Shown here: positions 8,757-17,174 of the stretch, piece after piece
How positions within the stretch are numbered: the stretch's first letter is position 1
Layout: the number at the start of each line of letters is the position of its first letter
Origin: Lysobacterales bacterium
Lineage (GTDB): Bacteria; Pseudomonadota; Gammaproteobacteria; Xanthomonadales; SZUA-5
Length of the DNA: 64,000 nucleotides
Assembly: GCA_022844165.1 (NCBI GenBank)
Contig: JALHMH010000020.1
Span: forward strand, 18,136-82,135
Direction: 5' to 3'
The notes under the pieces: generated by a model
What the model saw: only the letters and a program-made list of their open reading frames with translations
The model's database searches: none
What the model was told of the DNA's origin: nothing
Program-made: the position numbers and the translations under genes

Positions 8757-11225
8757 CTACTTCAAATCGCGCGCCAGACGAAACCCCGTGGTATTGCTCA
8801 GCCAGCTCTTGTCTTCCAGCCGCCGAATCACCACCGCCGCTTCATCGCTGTCGCTGTGCCACGCGCTCCCCATAATGACGCGTTCGCTGCAATCGCCGCT
8901 ATCGCGCGCCGATTGGTCAGATTTCCGACCGGCGTGCGCTTCATTCGCACAATCGGCAACCCACTCGCGAACATTACCCTCAAGATCATAAACGCCACTG
9001 GCTGATGCGCCAAAACGGCCCACCGGGGCGGCAAAGGCCATTCCGTCGTCGCAAGCCAGGGTCTTGTTGCCACCCTCTTGCGCTTTGAAGCTCTGATCGG
9101 CCCGATTCCCACTCTTGCAAGCGCTCACCGTCGTCGCCGACGCCAGGTACTGCCACTCCGCCTCGCTCAACAAACGGTAAGTAAAGCCGGTTGTACTGCT
9201 GATCCATCGCGCAAAGGCCAGAGCGTCATCAAAACCCACACAAACGACGGGGTGATTATCGGTTTGTGTGTAACCTGGTACGCGCCAGGTACGATCTTTG
9301 GAGGCGGAAAAAAATCCCTCCTGATTTCGGCAGCTTTGCGCTGTTGTGCGGTGGCCAGTGGCATCGACGAAACGTCTGTAGTCACCTACCGTGATCTCGT
9401 GACGCGACACGGCAAACGGTCGTTCGATGCGAACGGCCACATCGCCACCGCGCCGCGCACCACGCAACCTCACCTCGCCTTTGCCGATGATGGTCAGTTC
9501 GGGGCCACCCTTATCGCGAAAACGATAACCTGGCTTACCGATCACCCCGGCCTCTTTGATCAGCGCTTCCAGGCTCTTGTCGTCGGGCGACAACTGCTTG
9601 GCGAGATTCAACGCTTCAAGCGCCGTTTCTCCCTGCCATGCCTGCAAAGCGATTTGCGCAGTGTCTTTGAGTTCTTTCAGTTTTCGCTGCCAGGGAGCAT
9701 CAATTCTCTTGGTCAGCTCAGCCAGATTCATCCCGGGAAGAGCGGCAACCTGCCGCGCACGATCCAGGCGCTCCCTCGATTCCGGCAGTTTCCACGCCGC
9801 TAACTCTGTCTCGGCCAAGGCAATGTATGCATCGACCACGGATGCCAAACCGGCTTTGGCTTCTTCATTCTCCGGATCGAGCGCCAGCACGCGCGAGAAC
9901 ATGAGGGTTGCGTTCGCCTCGGGCGGCAATTGCAAACGCTGCATCTTGAGGAGTGCCTGACCCAGCGCGAGCAGCGTTGCCTTCTGCTGCTGTGGCAGCG
10001 GCGGCCCAAAATCACTCGGCAAGGGCTCTAAGGACTCGAGCGTTACGCCATCGGAAGTCACGGGCTGGCTGGCCGTGTCCGCGTCTTGAGGCGCATCTAG
10101 AATCGGACTCTCCATCGGAGTCGGGACAATCGGCAGCTGGCTGGGCAACTGCGCATTGGGTTGACTCACTGGCTGCTTTGAAACAGCGTGCGAGGAGTCC
10201 TCGCGAACTTCTGTGGTACCGCGCGAACTCCAATAGCCATAACCAGCTGCGCCCAATCCGGCGACCAGGATCACCGTCAGACCAGCCATCATCCAGGCTG
10301 GCACCGCTGTTTTGTCGTTCCGCGGCGGCACCTGTCGAACTAACGACTCGATTTGTGCCGTTGTGGATTGCACAAGCGTCGGCAGTGGCTTCTCCACCGT
10401 CGCCGGCATCGTCGAAGGCGCACCGCTCAAATCGATGCTTGCCAAACTTGTGACAAACTCATCGGCGGAGCTAAAACGATCTTTGGCTTCCTTTGCCAGC
10501 GCCTTGTCGATGAACGCCTGCCAACGAGCCACTTTGGCGGGCAGTCGAGGGATCGGCTCAAACACATGTGCGTAAGCAACCGCAAACCCGTCCGCCCCCT
10601 GGTAGGGAGGTGAGCCGACCAAGGCCTCAAACGCAAGCGCTCCGAGGCTGTACAGATCGGACCGCGCATCGACATCGCCCCCCCGCGCCTGCTCCGGGCT
10701 CATGTAGTTGCTTGTTCCGATACTCACGCCGGTACTCGTGATACGGGTTGAGCCGCTCAACGCGCGGGCGATACCAAAATCTGTCAGCAGCGGCGTATCC
10801 GCTGCATCGAACATAATGTTGCCCGGAGTGACATCGCGGTGAATCACGCCTTGTGAGTGCGCAAAGCCCAATGCTTTCCCAATTCCCGACAAAACGCGAA
10901 CAACTTCACTCTCGCTGACGCCGCGACGCATCCTCTGAGCAAAGTCGCCGCCGGGAAGGTACTGCATCGAGAAATAATGTATGTGGTCGTTGGTCACGCC
11001 GACTTCGTAGACCGCGACAATATTTGCATGCGTCAGCGAGGCGATGGTCCGCGCTTCGCGCAGGAACCGCTTCGAAAACGTAGCGTCGGCGGCGAGCGCG
11101 GGCGCCATCACCTTCAGCGCAACGCGTCGCTCCAAAGACGACTGAATGGCAAGATAGACTCGCGCCATCCCGCCGACGCCGAGTTCTCGCTCGATCTCGT
11201 ATCCTGGAATTGCGATCGCTGCCAC
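8757..11225 (-). CDS. Hanks-type Ser/Thr kinase with TM helix and C-terminal FGE-sulfatase domain
   Basis: LGVGGMARVY, VALK, HRDVTPGN, DFG and YMSPEQ motifs; C-terminal HPVVCV...YRLLSEAEWQY...GNVREWV...GFRLAR. Confidence 0.9.
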   Translation of the reverse strand: MAAIAIPGYEIERELGVGGMARVYLAIQSSLERRVALKVMAPALAADATFSKRFLREARTIASLTHANIVAVYEVGVTNDHIHYFSMQYLPGGDFAQRMRRGVSESEVVRVLSGIGKALGFAHSQGVIHRDVTPGNIMFDAADTPLLTDFGIARALSGSTRITSTGVSIGTSNYMSPEQARGGDVDARSDLYSLGALAFEALVGSPPYQGADGFAVAYAHVFEPIPRLPAKVARWQAFIDKALAKEAKDRFSSADEFVTSLASIDLSGAPSTMPATVEKPLPTLVQSTTAQIESLVRQVPPRNDKTAVPAWMMAGLTVILVAGLGAAGYGYWSSRGTTEVREDSSHAVSKQPVSQPNAQLPSQLPIVPTPMESPILDAPQDADTASQPVTSDGVTLESLEPLPSDFGPPLPQQQKATLLALGQALLKMQRLQLPPEANATLMFSRVLALDPENEEAKAGLASVVDAYIALAETELAAWKLPESRERLDRARQVAALPGMNLAELTKRIDAPWQRKLKELKDTAQIALQAWQGETALEALNLAKQLSPDDKSLEALIKEAGVIGKPGYRFRDKGGPELTIIGKGEVRLRGARRGGDVAVRIERPFAVSRHEITVGDYRRFVDATGHRTTAQSCRNQEGFFSASKDRTWRVPGYTQTDNHPVVCVGFDDALAFARWISSTTGFTYRLLSEAEWQYLASATTVSACKSGNRADQSFKAQEGGNKTLACDDGMAFAAPVGRFGASASGVYDLEGNVREWVADCANEAHAGRKSDQSARDSGDCSERVIMGSAWHSDSDEAAVVIRRLEDKSWLSNTTGFRLARDLK

Positions 11226-11280
11226 GCCAACCTGAGCACTAAGAGATGACCGCAGAGTCTAACCCGAACCACCGCGACGA

Positions 11281-11628
11281 ATGTCGCACTTCCCTGCAAT
11301 GAGCGCGTGGTGGACGCTGACAATGCTGCTCATCCTGGCCTGTGCTGCCATGGCGTGGCTCGCACTTCGCGGATTAGCGGAGAAAGCCACTGTCGCCGGA
11401 ATGCGGGCGTGCCAGTCGCGCGGCGTGCAATGGCTGGATAGCCATGTGGGTTTCGCCGGCTTACGACTGCGTTGGCGCAACGGCCCGCAAGTGCTGGTCG
11501 ACTTTCGTTTCGACGTGTCACTCACCGGCCAGGATCGGCATGGCGCGCGAATGCGCTATCTAAACGGTGAGATCGAGTGGATCAGCTTTCCAACCAATGA
11601 TGGCGGCAGTGAGTTGTGGACGCCTTGA
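11281..11628 (+). CDS. DUF3301-like small membrane protein
   Basis: N-terminal TM helix, ACQSRGVQWLD and FDVSLTGQDR motifs; start may be 11299. Confidence 0.7.
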   Translation: MSHFPAMSAWWTLTMLLILACAAMAWLALRGLAEKATVAGMRACQSRGVQWLDSHVGFAGLRLRWRNGPQVLVDFRFDVSLTGQDRHGARMRYLNGEIEWISFPTNDGGSELWTP

Positions 11629-11771
11629 GCGCGCTCGATTCGATCGGTATTGACGATCCCGTCACGCGACGCTCTCAACACACGAATAACGCACAACTTT
11701 TTGCGGGCGACGACTGGTATCGATTCGCCGACTGATGCAACATTCGGTGTTGGCCCGATCGAGTGTGTTGC

Positions 11772-14246
11772 ATGCCAGAAATCTTGCTCGTTGAACGATC
11801 CGCAACGCTGTGCAACCTGCTTGAGCGCACGCTGGAGTCTGCGGGCGTCGGCATTACCAAACACTTCGAACGCTTCGGCGACGCCATCGAAGAAATGCGT
11901 GAACGCATCGTTGCGTCGCGCTTGCCGGCACTTCTGATCGTCGGCGTTCCAGAGCGCGAACCGGCAGAGTGCCAGACGCTGCTGAAAATCGTTCGCGAAG
12001 TTGGCGGCCAAAGCATGCCGCTTTTGGTGCTTAGTCACGCACCGCTGCCACGGTTGGACTCCTGGCTTGAGCATCGCGGTCAATCGATGCGTCTTTTGTG
12101 GTCGCAGTTTTGGCAGGTCCCAGGCGCGATTAGCGAACTTGCACCGGAACTGCTGTTCCAATCCACTCCAGAACGCATCACGCCACAAAGCCCGTTGCGC
12201 CTGTTGCTGGTCGATGATTCGGTCAGCGTTCGCCGCACCTACTCGCAGCTGCTGACACAACAGGGATATCACGTCGATCTCGCGGAAAGTGTCGCCGATG
12301 GCTTCGCGCGCGCGCGCACCGGTCGCTACGATCTGATCATCGTCGATTACTTTCTGCCCGACGGTACGGGCGACCAGCTGGTGACACGGCTGAAAGATGA
12401 ACCAGCAACGCAAGCTGCCCAGATCGCTCTTATCACCGCAACCTATAGCGAAGAAGTCATTCAAAAGTGCCTCGACGCTGGCGCAGTTGAATGCATGTTC
12501 AAAAATGAAGTGGTTGCGCTGACGTTGGCTCGTATCAAGGCGCTCGCACGCTCGGCGTTGGATCGTCGCCGCACCGAGACGGAGCGGCAACGCCTGGATG
12601 GCATCCTGCGCTCGGTGGGCGAAGGCGTGTATGGGCTGGACGATGCGGGCGTTGTCACGTTCGCCAACCCGACGGCGTGCCGGCTATTGGGACTCATGGA
12701 CGACAGCAGCTTGATTGGCGTCGGCGGCGGCCAATTGCATTTGAGCCTGGAACGCGAAAACGTCAGTTCACGCCTGGAAACCGTGTTCTCGACCGCAGAC
12801 GGTCGTTCGCTGCCCGTCGAGTGCACGATTGTTCCGATGTTGGTCGATGGCGAAGCCGAAGGCTCTGTGGTCGTGTTTCGCGACATCTCAGAGCGCAAGA
12901 GCGTTGAGCGTGTGCGTTGGGAACTGGATCACGACAAACTGACCGGCTTATCGAATCGTCGACACTTCCTGGGACAATTGCGCGAAGCGGTCGAACGACA
13001 CAAAGAAGGTGGTTTTGGTGCGGTGTTGCTGGTCGACATCGATCGTTACACACAAGTGCTGGAAAACGCCGGGGAGATCGCCGGGCAGCAGCTGTTGGTC
13101 GATATCGGCCAGCGCCTGCAGGCGCGCTTGCGGGATCATGACGGTGTGGCGCGGCTGGAGAACGATCAATTCGCGCTGCGGCTGGAGAATGTCCAGCTGG
13201 AGCATCTATACACGCTCGCCGATTCACTGCGCGAAATGTTGCACGACGTGCGGTACACCGATCACGCAGGGCGCGCCCTGAGCGTCACGGTTTCGGTTGG
13301 CGTAGCGATCATCAGCAAAGACTCGCCCTCAGGCGAATATGTGCTGGAGAACGCGCGGCAGGCTTGTGCTCAGGCCAAACGACGTGGCCAGAACCAAACG
13401 CAGATTTTTGTAGTCGAAAGCGATTCGCGCGCGGCGCGCGAGCTGGAAGCCGGCTGGGCACAGCGCATCCGCGAAGCCATGAGCGAAGACCGCATGATTT
13501 TGCTCGGTCATCCGATTCTGCCGATACAGGGCCTCGTCCGCGAGGGCCAGCGCTGGCACGTTCGTGGCGATGGTTACGAGCAGGCTTTTGAAGTGTTGAT
13601 CCGCATGGTTAACCGCGATGGCCAATGGGTCAGCCCCAGCGTGTTCGTGCCGTTGGCCGAACGTGCCAATCTGATGTCCAAGATCGATCTTTGGGTGATC
13701 GCGCGTACCGTGCGGATCGCATCACGGGTGCCCGACGACGCGCCGATCGCCTTTGCCATCAACTTGTCGAACCAGACCCTGCAGGACGCCGATGCGCTGG
13801 GCCATATCGAAAACACCTTTGCCAGCCACCGAGTACCGCCCGGTCGATTTATTTTCGAAATTTCGGAGATCGGTGAGATCCATCAACTGCACTCTGCGCG
13901 CCGCTTCATGACACAGCTCAAGAAATTGGGCTGCCGTTTCGCGCTTGACGATTTCGGGTCTGGCAATAACTCTTTGAGCCACCTGAAGTGGTTACCGGTC
14001 GATCTGGTCAAAGTCAACGGCGAGTTTGTCGCTGAGAAACAAGGCAGCGAGGTCGACCGGGCAATGGCCCTGTCGCTGACGCAAATGGCACACTCGCTGA
14101 AGCTCAAAGTCATCGCCGAACGCGTCGACTCAGCGAAAGCGCTGACGTGGTTGAAAGCCGCCAAAGTGGACATGGTCCAAGGGCACTTGTTTGGCGAACC
14201 GCAGCGCCTGGATGAGATCGACTTCGAGGCTTTGTTGGAAACTTGA
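11772..14246 (+). CDS. REC-PAS-GGDEF(degenerate)-EAL c-di-GMP signalling protein
   Basis: Receiver LLVDDS/IIVDYFLPDG; PAS; HDKLTGLSNR with ENDQF in place of GGDEF; FEVLIRM and ALDDFGSG. Confidence 0.88.
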   Translation: MPEILLVERSATLCNLLERTLESAGVGITKHFERFGDAIEEMRERIVASRLPALLIVGVPEREPAECQTLLKIVREVGGQSMPLLVLSHAPLPRLDSWLEHRGQSMRLLWSQFWQVPGAISELAPELLFQSTPERITPQSPLRLLLVDDSVSVRRTYSQLLTQQGYHVDLAESVADGFARARTGRYDLIIVDYFLPDGTGDQLVTRLKDEPATQAAQIALITATYSEEVIQKCLDAGAVECMFKNEVVALTLARIKALARSALDRRRTETERQRLDGILRSVGEGVYGLDDAGVVTFANPTACRLLGLMDDSSLIGVGGGQLHLSLERENVSSRLETVFSTADGRSLPVECTIVPMLVDGEAEGSVVVFRDISERKSVERVRWELDHDKLTGLSNRRHFLGQLREAVERHKEGGFGAVLLVDIDRYTQVLENAGEIAGQQLLVDIGQRLQARLRDHDGVARLENDQFALRLENVQLEHLYTLADSLREMLHDVRYTDHAGRALSVTVSVGVAIISKDSPSGEYVLENARQACAQAKRRGQNQTQIFVVESDSRAARELEAGWAQRIREAMSEDRMILLGHPILPIQGLVREGQRWHVRGDGYEQAFEVLIRMVNRDGQWVSPSVFVPLAERANLMSKIDLWVIARTVRIASRVPDDAPIAFAINLSNQTLQDADALGHIENTFASHRVPPGRFIFEISEIGEIHQLHSARRFMTQLKKLGCRFALDDFGSGNNSLSHLKWLPVDLVKVNGEFVAEKQGSEVDRAMALSLTQMAHSLKLKVIAERVDSAKALTWLKAAKVDMVQGHLFGEPQRLDEIDFEALLET

Positions 14247-14356
14247 CTGGCCTGTGGCGCCCAGTTGGGCAAGTCAATTGCCACCAAATCTGAGCAGAAC
14301 TCCAAATGACGCTCGATCGACGTCGGCTTCGGCCGCCCGTGGGCTTCTCAGCGAGT

Positions 14357-15163
14357 CTACCAAGCTGCATTGCCACCAAAGCCGAGCAGAGCCCCGAGCG
14401 CATGACGAACCGAACCTAGTCGCTCTGCGATCTTCGTAGCGTCGGCAATTTCCACAGAGCGCTCCAACAACATCAGATCTTGTGTGAAGTTCTCCTTTGC
14501 GAGTCTCAGCGAATCCCCGTAAAGACCCAACAGCTCAGAGTGGGCGCCAGTCCGAGCCAAAAGGGCTGCAGAATCAAACCGAGCTCCCTGAAATTGGAAC
14601 ATCAGAGGTAACGCGAGGATCTCCATTCCTCCGCATCCTTCCTCCAAGAGGCTCCTCATAAACAAGTGCCTTGCAACCCGTCCATTGCCGTCGGAAAACG
14701 GGTGAATCGAAATCAACACAAACCACAACGCCATGGCGAAGCAAGTATGTCGGCGCTCGCTGAGTGAATACTTGCTTGCGACGGACACCAACGTTCTCAT
14801 GAGTTGACCGACAACCCCGACTCGTGGGGCAAGAAAAGCATTTCCAACTGCGTTGGGGCTGGTAACGCGAATAGACGATTTGCGGAGTTCAAACCTCGGG
14901 CCGTAGAGCTTCTTGCCCGTCACTTGCATCGCTGAGGCCCTCAGTAGCTTACTTAGCGCAAAAATCTGAACGCCATCCAGAGCATTCTGAATTGTCAACA
15001 AATCGTCGGTCGACGATCGAAGCCCGGCATGAGTCAGCAGTGCCCCCAAGACCCAAACAGCCTTCCGAGAAAGGAGATGATCGACTCCGAGTCGAACCTT
15101 GGTCGATTCATCGAAGATGCGTACTATCCAATTTTGGTCCAAGGGTTCTTCGTACGGAGTCAT
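14357..15163 (-). CDS. Fic-domain protein
   Basis: Canonical Fic motif HPFSDGNGRVAR; ATG 15163 chosen because it lies downstream of the intergenic hairpin. Confidence 0.8.
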   Translation of the reverse strand: MTPYEEPLDQNWIVRIFDESTKVRLGVDHLLSRKAVWVLGALLTHAGLRSSTDDLLTIQNALDGVQIFALSKLLRASAMQVTGKKLYGPRFELRKSSIRVTSPNAVGNAFLAPRVGVVGQLMRTLVSVASKYSLSERRHTCFAMALWFVLISIHPFSDGNGRVARHLFMRSLLEEGCGGMEILALPLMFQFQGARFDSAALLARTGAHSELLGLYGDSLRLAKENFTQDLMLLERSVEIADATKIAERLGSVRHALGALLGFGGNAAW

Positions 15164-15203
15164 ATTCGAACTCGAAGAGAGGTCGCTCGAACCGCCGCGA
15201 GCA

Positions 15204-15226
15204 GGGCTCGACCTTAGGTCGAGCCC
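15204..15226. other. Perfect intergenic hairpin between peptide gene and fic
   Basis: GGGCTCGACC-TTA-GGTCGAGCCC, 10-bp stem, no U-tract. Confidence 0.7.
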
Positions 15227-15252
15227 GATGCGATTGTCGGCGCCGTTGACGA

Positions 15253-15525
15253 TCAGGGAAATTCGTCTGGATATGCTTCGCGACAGGTCATTGTGATGGT
15301 GGCGACGGGCCCCCCGTTGTAGCTCCAAGACCAGACCAAAATTCCGTCAGGGTTTCCTACGCACTCTAGTGGCAATCCCGCGGGTCCCGTCCACCCTGCG
15401 TCGCATGAGTTGCAGTCGTTGTGCCACCAGCCGAATTCTGGCGGCAGGTCGACAGCTAGTGCCGGAGCGGATGCAGCGGCGAGTAAAGTAATGGAAATGA
15501 TTCGGCTCAACGCCTTGATTTTCAT
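15253..15525 (-). CDS. Small secreted Cys/Trp-rich protein
   Basis: Sec-type signal MKIKALSRIISITLLAAASAPALA; mature part about 66 aa with 4 Cys and 5 Trp; GAGG upstream. Confidence 0.72.
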   Translation of the reverse strand: MKIKALSRIISITLLAAASAPALAVDLPPEFGWWHNDCNSCDAGWTGPAGLPLECVGNPDGILVWSWSYNGGPVATITMTCREAYPDEFP

Positions 15526-15983
15526 CTTCGAACCTCAGCAAATTTGGAAGTTAAGTTTCTCGATTACGAGTCGAGCGCATGACTGAGCAGCTTTGCGCCG
15601 GATAGAACTAACGCGAACGCCGATTTGGGCGTACTATCTATTCGCGTGACGCCAGGCTGCTGGCAGTTACACGGACTAACGTCAGAAAATCGCTCACGGC
15701 GACGGAGCACTTCTCTGGCGATGGGGAATCCATCGAGAAGGGGAGTCGCCGCCGCCAATGGGGCGCAGCCACTGCTGATCGGTCGCCGAGAGGCGCCAGT
15801 CTGCCAAAAAGCCCGAAAGCTCAGATGAAACGATTATGGAACGGATCTAAGCAGCGTCGGTCGACGAAAGCCCTGCAAACGACCCAACACATGGTTCTAA
15901 GTAACCGAACCTGCTGGCCGGGTCCGGATCTTTGACGAATTTGAGTGTTTGTCAGGATGCCTTGGTCGCCAACCGCGAACGAC

Positions 15984-16418
15984 TCACTTCACGATACGCA
16001 AAGCCGGCCGTTCGCGGATAGGTTTATTGGTGTTCTCTTCGGGCGCCGATTCAGCTGGTTCGACAGTATCGGCAACGGCGTCTTCGGCCGGAAACATCAT
16101 GCCCTGCCCGTTTTCTTGGGCATAAATCGCAAGCACTGCCGCCATGGGCACAATGACCTGATGACTGATGCCGGAAAAACGCGCGTGGAAGCGGATGTCC
16201 TCCAGTCCCAGGTCTAGTCGATCGACCGCCCGCGGTGCAAGATTCAAGACCACCTGGCCATCTTTAATGGCCGAGGGTGGCACGCGAACGTGGGGGCGAT
16301 TGGCATCGCACAACACATAAGGGGTGCAGCGGTTGTCGATGATCCAATCGTAGATCGCGCGGATCAAATACGGTTTGGTCGGCGTCATCTGGGCCGTATC
16401 GGCAGTCACGTCAGGCAT
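15984..16418 (-). CDS. sspB: Stringent starvation protein B (ClpXP adaptor)
   Basis: KPYLIRAIYDWIIDN, IYAQENGQGMMF and C-terminal PALRIVK. Confidence 0.95.
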   Translation of the reverse strand: MPDVTADTAQMTPTKPYLIRAIYDWIIDNRCTPYVLCDANRPHVRVPPSAIKDGQVVLNLAPRAVDRLDLGLEDIRFHARFSGISHQVIVPMAAVLAIYAQENGQGMMFPAEDAVADTVEPAESAPEENTNKPIRERPALRIVK

Positions 16419-16421
16419 TCC

Positions 16422-17051
16422 TTAAGGGTTGAGCGTGCGTTCGGGTTCGGTGAGCGTGCGCTGAAAAAGCGGTGTTTGAAACAAACGCGTGGCGTAGGCA
16501 TCGATACTGGGGCCTAGCTCCCTGAGCGCCAGACCAATACTGGGCAGGCGCCACAAAATTGGCAAGATCAGACTATCGCACCAACCTACCTCGTTGCTGA
16601 GAAAATATTTAGCTGCTTTGAACAGCGGATCGGCCTCTGCGAGGCTGGCCTTGAGCTGTGTTTTGGCCTTCTGCGCTGCACTCGAATTGCCGGTGCGAGC
16701 TCCATCCAGCGCATCGGACCATTCGCGCTCGATGCGATGCCCCGTCAACCGCATGCGCGCGCGGCCAATGGGATCGTTGGGCAAAAGTGGCGGATGCGGG
16801 AATCTCTCATCCAGGTATTCGGCAATGATGCGCGGTTCGTACAGCGTAATTTCGCGCTCCAGCAACGCGGGTATCGTTAGCGAAGCGCCTGCGGTGCTCA
16901 ATTCGCCAGGCAGCTGATCTCGTTCGACATAAACCACATCGTGCGGCAGGGCCTTCAAGCCCAAGACAAAGCGCATCGTATGCGAGCGCTGACAGTCCAG
17001 CAGCGAATACAAGGTTAGCGCGCTGCGCGATCGTGGTCCCGGTGGCGACAT
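16422..17051 (-). CDS. sspA: Stringent starvation protein A (GST fold)
   Basis: IIAEYLDERFPHPPLLP motif; directly upstream of sspB. Confidence 0.9.
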   Translation of the reverse strand: MSPPGPRSRSALTLYSLLDCQRSHTMRFVLGLKALPHDVVYVERDQLPGELSTAGASLTIPALLEREITLYEPRIIAEYLDERFPHPPLLPNDPIGRARMRLTGHRIEREWSDALDGARTGNSSAAQKAKTQLKASLAEADPLFKAAKYFLSNEVGWCDSLILPILWRLPSIGLALRELGPSIDAYATRLFQTPLFQRTLTEPERTLNP

Positions 17052-17124
17052 GCCCATCTCCCCCAAGCGGTCCCGGAGAGATTAGCGTGTCGATGCCGCA
17101 CAATCCAGATCGCAGGAACAACAA

Positions 17125-17142
17125 GGCCGCCCAAAGGCGGCC
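17125..17142 (-). terminator. Hairpin downstream of TonB receptor
   Basis: GGCCGCC-CAAA-GGCGGCC followed by TTGTTGTT on the minus strand. Confidence 0.6.
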
Positions 17143-17174
17143 CTGCTGCAAAACTTCGACGCTCGCCGGCCAGA

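Noticed and set aside
15164-15328. N-terminal extension of the Fic ORF given in the track
   Set aside because: It overlaps the upstream peptide gene and runs through the intergenic hairpin; ATG 15163 is more plausible.
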